DNA of 64,000 nt from Pristiophorus japonicus (lineage: Eukaryota), in contig NC_091993.1 in assembly GCF_044704955.1 (NCBI RefSeq), positions 33,914,001-33,978,000 on the forward strand, read 5' to 3'. A program made the translations under genes and the position numbers. Positions 1 through 11,460 of this stretch are shown here, piece by piece; positions within the stretch are counted from its first letter, which is position 1, and every line of letters starts with the position of its first letter. Under the pieces are notes generated by a model. It did no database searches. It was given only the letters and a program-made list of their open reading frames with translations, and had not been told where the DNA came from.

Positions 1-178
1 CTTATTTAGAAAATTTAGATTTTCTTGTGCACCAAGATCCCAGGTAGATTTTGTAACAGTGTTTCATAGCCTCATGTCCCTCGCTGTATTCTTGTGCACA
101 GCACTTCCAGCAGAACATTTCTTTAAAAAAAATAAGGTCCTCAAAAGTGAACCAAATACAGACTCTGTTCCGTTCCAA

Positions 179-430
179 TCAGATTCTGTCCGCGCTGCTG
201 CTGGAGAAGTCTGTCTGCAGAGGTGTGATGTTGTGCTCGTAAGCTGCATACTCCGAGTTCCCAGTGCTGGCCAACTTGAGCTGCTGGGCAGCATGGGACA
301 GCTGGAAGGCGGCATCGGGGTGGGCGGTGTCTGGGAGCAGTGTGCATTCGCGGTCCAACATATCCGCCACACCCTTCAGCAGGTCCAGAAATCCAAATGC
401 GAGAGCCGCCTTTCTCAACCGATTCAGTTC
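179..430 (-). CDS. INTS14: INTS14 last coding exon
   Basis: ELNRLRKAALAFGFLDLLKGVADMLDRECTLLPDTAHPDAAFQL...; AG acceptor at 431-432; TGA at 179-181. Confidence 0.95.
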   Translation of the reverse strand, partial: ELNRLRKAALAFGFLDLLKGVADMLDRECTLLPDTAHPDAAFQLSHAAQQLKLASTGNSEYAAYEHNITPLQTDFSSSSADRI

Positions 431-3400
431 CTGAAAAAGGAAACGCACAGGCTCAAGGACTGTTGGCTGCTAAAATGTGAAACATGCACTCGTCAATGTG
501 AAAGAATCAATGCCTAGGGATAGTACAGGCAGGGGCAGCATAGGACAAGGACTGCAGCTCCAATCTGCCTCAATCTGACCAAAATCCTCACAGTGCAGCT
601 TGAGACTGACAATCATGCTGCGTACAGACATTTCTGGTGCTGTGCCCATCATCTAGTAGGAATTTGATTAAACTGTCCTAATCCCATTTCACAAGGACCC
701 TTACAGGCAGAGAGAGGAAATGTTAATTCCAATTGCGTTTGGCCTGGATTCATATTCTGGTTCCAGAGGTGGAAAGGCACTGAGCTAAACTGGCCACGGC
801 ACCCAGTCCTCCGTCAGTTTTATTTTTCTGTTCGTCTGTTTATCGCCAGAAACTCCGACTGGATCAGATGTACCGCGGGGGGGCTGGAGGTTATGGGTAG
901 GGGATTCACTCAGGAGGGGATCTGAAAATTAGGGCAAAAACCCTGAAATATATTCCCTGCCATACATAAGTTACAACAAAACCTGAGCTCAACTGGGACA
1001 GAAAATAATCTGGATATTTTTAGGATGGAATAATTCTGGTGGTAACTTGTGAAAATTTCCAGATGGTGCAGGATGAGATAGAAAGATAATCCTGGGCTCA
1101 GCTGCAAGTGAAAGGAGATGGTTCCGTGTTTCGGGTGCAGATTCTTTGCCAGAAACTGATGGATCTCCTGTGTATTTCCAGAGGCTTCTATTCCTAACAC
1201 GTAGCAAGAGCTCAGAGGCACGAATTCTTGGAGAGAAAGTACAATGCTTGCTACTCGGGGTCTATAACTGCTGAACATTTTGTTGGCATTTTAATCATTT
1301 TAAGAGGAGTAAAATTTGCCCCCAAGTGTAGAACTGCTTATTCCACCCTTTACTGAAGTATGAAGTCAGGGACACCTCGCAGGATACAGACTGCCTTTAT
1401 ATCCCGTTTCCCACTCACAGGCAGCCTCTCCATTAATGCCGCACTTTATCGAGCACCACACCCAAATGACAAATCCCCAGACCTGTAGCGAGAACAAACA
1501 TTATACACTGAACATCCTCCCGGCCATTGCCCTAGCCTTTGGTTTAGATTAATTGCCTGAACAAGGCTGATGCAAAGTTACTGAGGATCAACCCACTTAC
1601 TTTGTAGAATGTCTGTGTCTTTTCTGGAAGTTTCCGAGCATTTCTTAAAATCTTCTGAACGTCGGTCTAAAGGCAAAAGAGAAGATATTAGAAGTGATTG
1701 CGAGACCATTTAAAGGCTGCAGTCCCCTCCGAATATATTAGGATAGTTCAGTTCATGGAGATATCCTGTATACAGCAGCTGAATGCTGCCAATTCACTGT
1801 GTGATCCTGGAAGGATTATATAGAACACACTATATATTATAAACATCGGCCACTCCAGACATGTTGCAAACTACAGAACCACAGACTCAGCACAGCCCGC
1901 GATTGAGAGCCGCATAGGGCAAGGCAGCAATGGCAATTAGTTTAGTGCTTGACAGATACTAGCTATATAACTGCCGTATCTTCTGGTACAAGTATTGAGC
2001 AGAATACTTCAGACATGCAGAGCAGGAACTAATTTATAAAATGATCCATTGTGCTATTAAACTTAAAGATCAGGATAAGTGGTGTCAAAGTGAAGAGACA
2101 ACTTATGCCACTGACCAGATTGAGTGAAATTCTTAACATGAGCTCCTGTACTTTCTCCAAAGTGTCCAATTATCAGTCAATGCGGTGATACAAGGTGCGC
2201 AAGTACACAGGCTAATATTACATGACCCAGTACCACCCATACCTGCAGTCCACTGGGCTTAATCCACACGGTCACGTTCTGTGCGTAACTCCGCTTTGTC
2301 CTCGGCTGCAGGGGGAAGGGGCTTTTGCTGTCATCTTCACCATAGGGATTTTCCTCAGCGTCTGAAATGAATCAAAATAGGATTTTATATTAAGAAGCAA
2401 ATATGGAGAAGGTTCAGGATACGGAGAGAAGAGAACCAGTTTCACAGAAAATCCAATTTCACACTCACCTAAAATGGGTCCCAACTGCGACATCTTTCCA
2501 AGCCAGGGAAGAGGTTCCGGACCAGGCTCGAACAAGGACATCATCAGATTGGATTTCTTTTTGCTATCAGCCTGAGAGTACAGCATCCCGTACCAGTCTG
2601 GTCTGGGCAAAGCAAGAAGTAAGCGTACAACAAGCATCAGCGTCACACCAGTAGATTCATGAACCACATTTCCCAGGTTCCACAACTGAATGTGGAAGAA
2701 TGGGATTGAGTTGAAGGGGGGAGAGGGTGGGGAGAGTGCAAAGCCTTCCTCCCATTTACTGACACTCAATTGGTCACCATATTTGTTGCCCAGAAACTCG
2801 AGAATTATTACAACCAGTGAGCTTCTCTTTAGAGAGTTGACATACCGACATCTCAGCGGTCAGATGAATAAGTATGTGAGGAAGGATGTTCTGGACAGTG
2901 CAGTCACTTCATGAATTGACCCTTTTTATACAAAATGAACAAGCTCTATGTCAAAAGTAGACAGGAGTAGTCAGTGTGTGCAGTGGAGCGGAGCTGAAGG
3001 GACTTGCATCAGGACTCCACACACAGGCAATGCAAGTTCAAGGGTGGAATTCAGCATTTTGCAGCGAGGTGACCATTAGCCCAGTATTTATTGAGTGGGG
3101 CCCTGTTTTTAGGTCCTGCATTAGTATCCCAAGTACACGTTACTGGGGGGCATTTTGTGCACTCGGACCTTGCAGGTGGCTCAGGCAGGTGGTCCGAGGG
3201 TCCCAGGCGCTGCTGCTGAACAAAGGAGCGACTGGCTGATGCAAGCTGAAAGGAGGCCAAGCTCCTTGGGTATCGAGCAAAACCTGAAAGCTTCGTGCGG
3301 AGGGGGAAAGGGGAGATTAACAAAGCATCTCTCTACACGCTGCTTCTGGCAGACCTTGTCCATCCATGGAGCCCTGCCCGAGGAAGGAGAGAAATTATCA

Positions 3401-6400
3401 TTGTGACATTCTCCCGTGGCATTGGAGGGGAGCAGCATCTGATCATTGGACCTGTTCTGTGCCACGAGTGCATCACTGGGTTACTGCTGAGATATCACAG
3501 AGCTTTGCCACACCAAGGCAGCAGATGAACTCAAGGGCTCAGACCAGGATCCTCGATCCTAAAGCCCGGAATGGGAATGTAGGAAGAGGAAGAGCCAGGG
3601 AAGTAAATGAGGTTTGTCAGCAAGAACAATTCGTTATGAATGTCTTTAGGGCTTTAGCCAGTGTAGACCCTCTCTGTGTGAATTAGAGACAGAAGTGAGA
3701 TGCAAAAGACGTTCAGCTAATTTCAGAGCATGTTAGCGCACAGCTCCTCACCCGAGCAGCACGATAGCCACCATCCCCTCTACTTTGAGACTGCCATGCA
3801 GCAAGACACAAAATGACGGCATCTTTCCAGCAATTTGAGAAGCAGAGTTCTCATCTTCAGTTTCTTCAGGTAATCCGCTCCCCAGGTCATCACCTTCTAG
3901 CAAAGCAAGGAAATCAAATACTTAATGTCAGCACATTCACCCCTCTGCTCCCCAACAGGGGCACCACACTAACAACACATTCACCCCCTCCACAGGGACA
4001 CCCCAACCTTGCATCACACCAACTCTAAACACGCCTCTCTGCCACACTGCTCTTACATTCCCACCTTTACAAGCTAGCAGAAGGCAAATTCTGGGTCCAT
4101 GATGGGGCATTCTACTTCACTCAGAGTGAAGAGTGGGAGATAAGAGTCTGTGCAGGGCCGTGGAGAACCCTGGAGCCATTCTCGAGTTGGCTGGTGTGAC
4201 GAGGGGACTGGGGGATCTGGATGGATGAACCAATGGGCTCCCTCAACAATATCTACCTTGTGATTAGTGCGGTGTTTTCTCGCCAGTGTCTCGCTTATGT
4301 GGGTGGACACACTTCTACCCAAAGTCTCCAATCAGCACATGAAAAGGCTGCACTTTACCCAAGGACAGAAATATCTGCATCTCTTTGTGTCTCCTGGGTG
4401 CTTTGGAAATTACCCATTAACTGCAGTCAATGAGCAAGTACCAGAGCAATAAAATATCAAACACCCACGGAACAAACGGACCGACACTGCGGATCAATAT
4501 CGGGAACTTCGCACAAGTCGTGATTGACACACATAAGAGAAATAACTTGCAATTCTATCGCACTTTTCATGTCAGGACGTCCCAAAGCTTCTCACAGCCA
4601 ATTACAGTATTTTTTTGTTGTAATGTAGGAAACGTGGCCGCCAATTTGCGCACAAAATCCCACAAACAACAATGCGATAATGACCAAATAATTTTTTAAT
4701 GATATTAGTTGAGGGATAAATATTGACCAGGACACAGGGAGAATTCCCCTGCTCTTCTCTGAATAGTCCTTTAGGATCTTTTACGCCCACCTGAGAGGGC
4801 AGACTGTGCAGTACTGAATGTGCACTGCACTGTTGGAGGTTCCCTCTTTCAAATGAAACATTAAAGCGACAGTGCAGCACTCCCTCAGTACTGCACAGAA
4901 ACTGTCGGCCTAGATTCCGGAGTGGGACTTGAACCCACAACCGTCTGACTCAGGAGGAGAGTGCGCTGCCCACTGAGCCAGGGCCAACACCTAGAATAGA
5001 ATCCGGGTAGAGTAGTGGAAACCGAAGCCCCACTGCCCCAGTCACAGCACCTCAAGCCCAGTCGGCTGGTGCCGTGTGACTGGCACAATACACAAAGAGC
5101 GAGCACCCACCTTTATTCAGGGCTATGGGTAAAACCAAGTGCCGAGAGAGGACGGGTGGGCTGGCAATATCAGCAATCTTTACAAACCCCACTATATCCA
5201 GCTCTGTGAAAGACAAAAAGATTGTTTAAAAAAAAGTCACACCAGTCTCTTCCGCCCCACCAAACCTCGAATATAACCTGGTGCACAGACGTCCCTTAAC
5301 TTGAGCTCAGGCACTTTTTGTCGACAGGTGTGGACTCTGCGTACCCTGGGATACACATGGACCAACGTCCAGCGTCTGTCCCCAGCTATCACCACACCGA
5401 GCAAGGGTGGGACTAACCCAACTGGACAGATTGATTTGCAGTTTACAACAAGAAGCAAACAATGGGAGAAAGTTTTTCGACTCTGCAGCTCGATGAATCC
5501 ACCGAACTTGGCACATCAGCTGGAGGTTCGCCAGCTCGACACCAGGCAGTTAGCAATACAGCGACAAAATGCTCAGCCTGCCCACTATAAACCCAACAAG
5601 GAATTCAGGAGAAACTTTACCCAGAGAGCGGTGAGAATGTGGAACTCGCTGCCACAGGGAGGGGTTGAGACGACTAGCATGGATGCATTTCAGGAAGCTA
5701 GACCAACACATGAGGGTGAAAGGAATAGAAGGATGTGGAGATGAAGAGGGGTGGGAGGAGGCTGGTGTGGTGCATAAACACCGGCACGGACCTGTTGGGC
5801 TGAATGGCCTGTTTCTGTGCTGCATGTTTCGATGTAATTGTGTTAGGTGATGTAACCTCGTGCATCCTCCTCCCCAACTTCCAGTAACCCGGGGAGGCAA
5901 GAATAATCAGCGGCCATTTTCAGGAAGAACTCTGGTAAATTCCTTCCAAAACAAACAGTGCAGGGAGAGTGGCAACATCAGACGATCTTAAACCCTCATG
6001 TTCCAAATTCCACAAGAATTACCTTAGAATCATAGAATGCCACAGCACAAGAGGAGGCCATTTGGCCCATCGCGTCTGTGCCTGCTCTGTGACAGAGCGA
6101 TCCAATCAGTCCCACTCCTCCCGCTCTTTCTCCATATTTATTCCCTTCAAGTAGTTATCCAATTCCCTTTTGAAAGTTGGCATCAGATACAGTAAATAGG
6201 TAAGGTCAGCAGGTTTCCTTCCCGAAAGGACATTTAATTACATTTCCAGATTTTTAAAAAACTGAATTTAAATTCTCAAACTGCCCTGGCGGGTTTGCGT
6301 TTACATTCTTGGCATTACTCACCCAGTCACTCCTCCACTCCTCTGGGTGAGATACAACTGAGTGGTGCTACTCTGTTCCAGTGAGCACAAATCCACAGCA

Positions 6401-9400
6401 CTAACTGGCTCATAGTTACAAGCTCACTGCCACCAACCTAACCGTGTCACTCTGACTACCATACGGATAGCTTGTCCCACACGGTCTTCCACAGCTGGGA
6501 CTGAGCACTGTTACTGGGGCCAGGCAAAGGGAGCTGTGCTCTGCTAATACAGTACAAAAAGTCACAAAGTGTTCGATTCTCTCCCACTAACATTCTTTGC
6601 CCAAAAGTCCACACAAAGAATCAAAAGCTAAAGTGAGGAAAGGGGCTACCCTTCAACAGGTAGATCTACCTGAGCAGACTCACCTGTGTTGATAGATTTT
6701 GGGACAGGCTCCAATTCTTCATCAATGATGACAGGTTCTGGTCTTGGAAACATCTGCATGTCGGACACCAGGTGCCCACATTTCAGCACAGCGTGGAAAG
6801 GGGAGTATGCCTGGTCAATCAGCTTGCTGCAACACGAGAGAAAGACACAGCATCATGATCCAAGGTACACATTGGGTCCATTCTACACCCTGACCCGCCC
6901 ACACTCCCCCACCCCCTGATCCGCCCGGCTACACCCACCCAGCCCCTCCGACCCACCCATTCCCCATCCATCCAGCCCCCCCCGACCCGCCCAAAACCCC
7001 ACCCACCTGGCCCCCCCAACCCACCCATTCCCCACCCGCCCACTCACCCCACCCAGCAAAGGGCAGGGGGGTGAAGGGTGAGGGGCAGGGAGGAATGCCA
7101 TATCACCCTGCAGTCTATTCTGAGCTGGAATCAACTTGTGTTCTATAGCTGGAACATGGGACACCCTCACAGTTCCTGCTACTCACCATCAGAACAAACC
7201 CCCTTAAAGTGATGATACCAGTAACCCAGCTCTCCGCAAACAACCGATCACATTCACAGCCATCACCTACCCAAACATAGACTGCACATTCTTCAGGCAC
7301 AGAGGACCATCAATAGTGAAGATCTGCCCCTCACCGTTGTTTAAATCAATCAGACGTTCCAGAATGTCCAGTGTGTCCGCCATCTGAAGCTGGCAGAGAG
7401 AGAGATTAACGAGAATCAGCAGAAGATAATTTCACAAAACACCACAGACTCGAACTGGTGCCTCCCGCAACATTGCCTCCCACAAAATCAACCTTACACA
7501 CATTCGCACTCGCACGCACGACACTGTTCCTCATCTCTCATACTCTCCATCTCCTTCACTTCAGCCCGACTATTGTCGTTTCACCCACCTTCACATCTAA
7601 GATTAGCGTTTGCCTCCAGCTCACAGTGCTGGGAGAAAAACCTCCCTGTGGCAGAAGTTACGATGCTAATTGAAATGCATCTAGGACAGTATCAACTCAA
7701 TTTTACAATATTGGATGCAGCGAGGATGTTTCCACTGAAGGGGGAGATTAGAACTAGAGGGCATAATCTTAGAATAAGGGACCGCCCATTTAAAACTGAG
7801 ATGAGGAGAAATTTCTTCTCTCAGAGGGTTGCAAATCTGTGGAATTCGCTGCCTCAGAGAGCTGTGGAAGCTGGAACATTGAATAAATTTAAGACAGAGA
7901 TAGACAGTTTCTTAACCGATAAGGGGTTAGGGGAGCGGGCAGGGAAGTGGAGCTGAGTCCATGATTGGATCAGCCATGATCGTATTAAATGGCGGAGCAG
8001 GCTCGAGGGGCTGCATGGCCTACTCCTGCTCCTATTTCTTATGTTCTTATAAATATTTATCTAAACATACACAGTGTAAGAGCACACAGAACTCGGAGAG
8101 CGCAGCCTCTCCCCAGGGGTCTCCGATACTGAAAGTAAATGTCCAGTTTTCCCTGGGATGTGTCGTACCTCCTCCAAGTTAGCGATGCACATGACGTACA
8201 ACTTGGAAGGAAATGGGAAGGGAAGTGGGAACTTGCTGTCCTCGGAGCGCTGGCTGAGGGCGGAGAGAGAGTGTCGGAGAGATCCCCGGCCGATTCCCAG
8301 ACTCCCGTCCGTTACAAGGATCACCTGAGAAACAAAAAACAAACTTTCAATCAGACGACGATGCCCTTTTGTCAGAAAATGCTGCAACCGGACCGTGGTA
8401 GGAGGCAGCAAATTACAAAGCAGCTCCTTTTTTTTTTAACAAGGAGGCTAAACCCGGAAGTGAAAGGTTATGGGGAGCGGGCAGGGAAGTGGAGCTGAGC
8501 CCAAGATCAGATCAGCCATGATCTTATTGAATGGCGGAGCAGGCTCGAGGGGCCAAATGGCCGACTCCTGCTCCTAATTCTTATGTTCTCATCCCAGAGT
8601 TGCCCCACAGCTGATCTCTGCCACCGGGAGCTACAACAGATGGAGCTTAAGCTGCACTTTCTGCCAGGCCGGAAGGAAGGAACTTGCATTTATATAGCGC
8701 CTTTCACGACCTCAGGATGTCCCAAAGTGCTTTACAGCCAAGGATGTACTTTTGAATTGTAGTCACTGTTGTAATATGGGAAACGCGGCAGCCCATTTGT
8801 GCACAGCAAGCTCCCACAAACAGCAATGTGATAATGACCTGATTATCTGTTTTAGTTATGTTGATTGAGGGATAAATATTGGCCCCAGGACAACGGGGAT
8901 AACTCTCCTGCTCTTCTTCGAAATAGTGCCATGGGATCTTTTACATCCACCTGAGAGAGCAGACGGGGCCTCGGTTTAACATCTCATCTATAAGACAGCA
9001 CCTCCGACAGTGCAGCACTCCCTCAGCACTGCACTGGGAGTGTCAGCCTAGATTTATGTGCACAAGTCCCTGGAGTGGGACTTGAACCCACAACCTTCTG
9101 ACTCGGGCTACCCACTGAGCTTAAAGATGGTGCCAGTGGTCGTCAATCACACTCGCCCTTTCTCAGGCCGCAAGAACACCGTTAGCCTGCGACGACCAGA
9201 CATTGCAGTCAGCACAGAGGCAATAAATTCATAGTGACTCAGGGCCTGAAGGAAAACAACCAGATGACCAGTGGTTATATTAAAGGTTCCAGACTATGCA
9301 GAAGTAGTCAATCGCAGAGTGGATTCTGAGGAGCAAACTGACACCACTGTCCACAAACGCACATGTTCCAAATATGGTCACCCCTAAACTTCAGCACCAA

Positions 9401-10888
9401 CACTGCCCATTGTTCAGCGCCTCCTCATCCCTCCATAACCTGGGAGCGAGGGGCCCTAAATGACCCCTAAATCCAATGATAGCGAGAACACCCATAGCAA
9501 GAATTAAACCCAAACAGAACAGCAAAAACCAAAAACACACGGCAGAGAATTAGGCCCCGGAGACGGATGGTTAAATCTGACCCATTTCTCTGAAAGTCCA
9601 GTTACCTGACAGGGAATGCAGACTCCCCATTCATCTTGCACAATGTTGCTGATCCCCATCAGTGCAGACTCGAGACAGGTCTTGTCATAGTCGTCTACAG
9701 TGCTCAGCGCCTCCTGCAAAAGATCCAACGTGATTGGGTGAAAAGGACCGCGAACGTCACACTGAAGGTTTCAAACCTCAAAGAACAACTTGCATTTATA
9801 TAGCGCCTTTAACGTACTAAAATGTCCCAAGGCGCTTCACAGGAGCGTTAGCAAACAAAATTTGACACCGAGCCACATAAGGAGATATTAGGGCAGATGA
9901 GTAAAGGTTTTAAGGAGCTGGAGGAAGTTAGAGATAGGGAGGGGCGAGGCCTGGGAGGGATTTGAAAACAAGGATGAGAATTTTAAAGGGACACAGCAGC
10001 GATCCTGCAGTAGAGTAAAATGCCCACGATTTCTGTTCCCTTTATAATAAAGCAGTGAGAGACACAATCCCTTGGTGTATTATAAATGTAACGGGAGAAA
10101 TAGTGTCACAGACACCCCCAACCTACAGATTTCTCCTGACTGTCGCGGTTCCACGGGTAACTACAACCTGCCGGTGCCTCCAGCAGTGACCATTTCTCAT
10201 CTGTGAGCATTGACAGCAAGTGTCAATCGGCTATTCCACAATGAGGGAGCTGTCACAGCTTGGAACAATCCTGTCTGTGTCCGAGGTTCATTCACTTGCA
10301 CTTTCCAGCTCTGGCCACTGGCCACCGATCAGGAGCAAAAATCCTGGCTAAAACCTCGCTTCGATTAACGGCAACGAGCCAGGCACTGGCGAGACTGCGA
10401 TAACTAACTGGCAGGGGCCGTGTGGTCTGTACAGTTTAGTGTTACACAAGGTAATTCCTTTATCCACTCACGGGAGGTTACATTACGCGATTATTACAAA
10501 TTATTAATCCAGCTATATGGCAATTTTTCCAGTAATAATAGATTAAATTTGACATAATTGTACTTTTGTTAAATACATTTTTATTATGGCTCTTTCTAGT
10601 TTTCTGAACTCTTCCCTTCTCAAACTTCTGCGCCAGGAATAGTGTACTGAGAACGAAGGGCCGTACCTGCAGTGTGTTGTAGTCCCGGGTGAAGGGGACC
10701 ATCAGCTCCCACAGTGAGGAGAAAGCCACGAGACACGTGAACTCCAGCTTGTAATTGGTGGCCATGTGTTCAAACAGCATGCTGAGCCCATGAGCTGCCA
10801 AATGCTTGCGTTGGTATTCCTCCGTGCCCTCCAGAGGGACAGGGCGCGTCATGGAGAGAGAAACGTCCAACAGAACCACGGTCGGCAT
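179..10888 (-). CDS. INTS14: Integrator complex subunit 14 (VWA9), spliced CDS span, 11 coding exons, 518 aa
   Basis: Exons 10667-10888, 9606-9713, 8169-8324, 7271-7389, 6684-6826, 5111-5203, 3752-3896, 2469-2602, 2243-2361, 1601-1666 and 179-430 have GT-AG introns with compatible phases and sum to 1557 nt. The protein starts MPTVVLLDVSLSMTRPV (vWA domain) and ends ...ELNRLRKAALAFGFLDLLKGVADML...SSADRI*, recognisable as INTS14. Confidence 0.97.
1601..1666 (-). CDS. INTS14: INTS14 coding exon 10
   Basis: TDVQKILRNARKLPEKTQTFYK, 66 nt, AG/GT boundaries. Confidence 0.95.
2243..2361 (-). CDS. INTS14: INTS14 coding exon 9
   Basis: (D)AEENPYGEDDSKSPFPLQPRTKRSYAQNVTVWIKPSGLQ, 119 nt. Confidence 0.95.
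2469..2602 (-). CDS. INTS14: INTS14 coding exon 8
   Basis: PDWYGMLYSQADSKKKSNLMMSLFEPGPEPLPWLGKMSQLGPIL, 134 nt. Confidence 0.95.
3752..3896 (-). CDS. INTS14: INTS14 coding exon 7
   Basis: EGDDLGSGLPEETEDENSASQIAGKMPSFCVLLHGSLKVEGMVAIVLLG, 145 nt. Confidence 0.95.
4540..4985 (-). mobile_element. tRNA-derived Deu-domain SINE (SacSINE1/AmnSINE1-like), INTS14 intron
   Basis: Reverse complement has a tRNA-like head (GGTTCAAGTCC B box), the Deu-type body and the tail shared with other copies in the window. Confidence 0.75.
5111..5203 (-). CDS. INTS14: INTS14 coding exon 6
   Basis: ELDIVGFVKIADIASPPVLSRHLVLPIALNK, 93 nt. Confidence 0.95.
5570..5830 (+). mobile_element. CR1 LINE 3' fragment
   Basis: [19 protein letters not shown]2 C-terminus followed by a GGGCTGAATGGCC 3' tail. 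Confidence 0.75.
6684..6826 (-). CDS. INTS14: INTS14 coding exon 5
   Basis: KLIDQAYSPFHAVLKCGHLVSDMQMFPRPEPVIIDEELEPVPKSINT, 143 nt. Confidence 0.95.
7271..7389 (-). CDS. INTS14: INTS14 coding exon 4
   Basis: LQMADTLDILERLIDLNNGEGQIFTIDGPLCLKNVQSMFG, 119 nt. Confidence 0.95.
7710..8050 (+). mobile_element. CR1 LINE 3' fragment
   Basis: RTRGHNLRIRDRPFKTEMRRNFFSQRVANLWNSLP followed by the CR1 3' UTR and an (TTCTTATG)n-like tail. Confidence 0.85.
8169..8324 (-). CDS. INTS14: INTS14 coding exon 3
   Basis: VILVTDGSLGIGRGSLRHSL...FPLPFPFPSKLYVMCIANLEE, 156 nt. Confidence 0.95.
8450..8590 (+). mobile_element. CR1 LINE 3' tail
   Basis: GATCAGCCATGATC...GGCCAAATGGCCGACTCCTGCTCCT tail, same family as other CR1 ends. 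Confidence 0.8.
8680..9120 (-). mobile_element. tRNA-derived DeuSINE, near full length
   Basis: Reverse complement of head, Deu body and AAAGGCGCTATATAAATGCAAG tail. Confidence 0.8.
9606..9713 (-). CDS. INTS14: INTS14 coding exon 2
   Basis: EALSTVDDYDKTCLESALMGISNIVQDEWGVCIPCQ, 108 nt. Confidence 0.95.
9785..9985 (-). mobile_element. L2-clade LINE 3' fragment
   Basis: Reverse complement matches the 3' end of the L2-like piece at 41655-42090. Confidence 0.6.
10667..10888 (-). CDS. INTS14: INTS14 coding exon 1
   Basis: ATG at 10886-10888; MPTVVLLDVSLSMTRPVPLEGTEEYQRKHLAAHGL...DYNTLQ, 222 nt. An upstream AG acceptor at 10934-10935 implies a non-coding first exon further up. Confidence 0.95.
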
Positions 10889-11029
10889 GGCTGGCCTCTC
10901 ACCTCTCCACTTAAACAAGGGAAAACGGATTTGCTGCAATTAAATAAAAAACATTACATTGTAAAAACCATTGCTGCTCGAGGGATTCTTGTCTGGTTCA
11001 ACCCATTCAAAACCAGCATCGACCATCGA

Positions 11030-11460
11030 ACCCTGGCCGGGCACCGACCCCAGCACTGACCCTGGGCCCAGCACCAACCCCCGACCCGAGCCCCAACCCC
11101 TGACCCCAGCACCGACCCCGACACCTGACCCCAGGCCCCGACATCCTGGCCCAGGTACTGACCCCCGACCCGGGCACTGACCCCGACACCTGACCCCAGT
11201 ACCGACCCCGACACTTGGCCCGGGTACTGACCCCCGACACGGGCACTGACCGCGACACCTGGCCCAGGCACTGACCCTGACACCTGCCCCCAGTACTGAC
11301 CCGGATACCTGACCCAAGTACCAACTCCTGACCACGACACCCAACCCTGGGCACCGACACCGGGCCCCGACACCTGGCCCAGGTACTGACCCCCGACCCG
11401 TGCACCAAACCCCATTCCCAGCACCGACCCTCGACCCGGGCACCAACCTCCGACCCCAGT
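11030..11460. repeat. Irregular C-rich tandem repeat (ACTGACCCCCGAC(A/C)C.. modules)
   Basis: Recurring CTGACCCC, CCGACACCTG and GGCAC modules seen directly; they explain the spurious Gly/Val-rich ORFs. Confidence 0.8.
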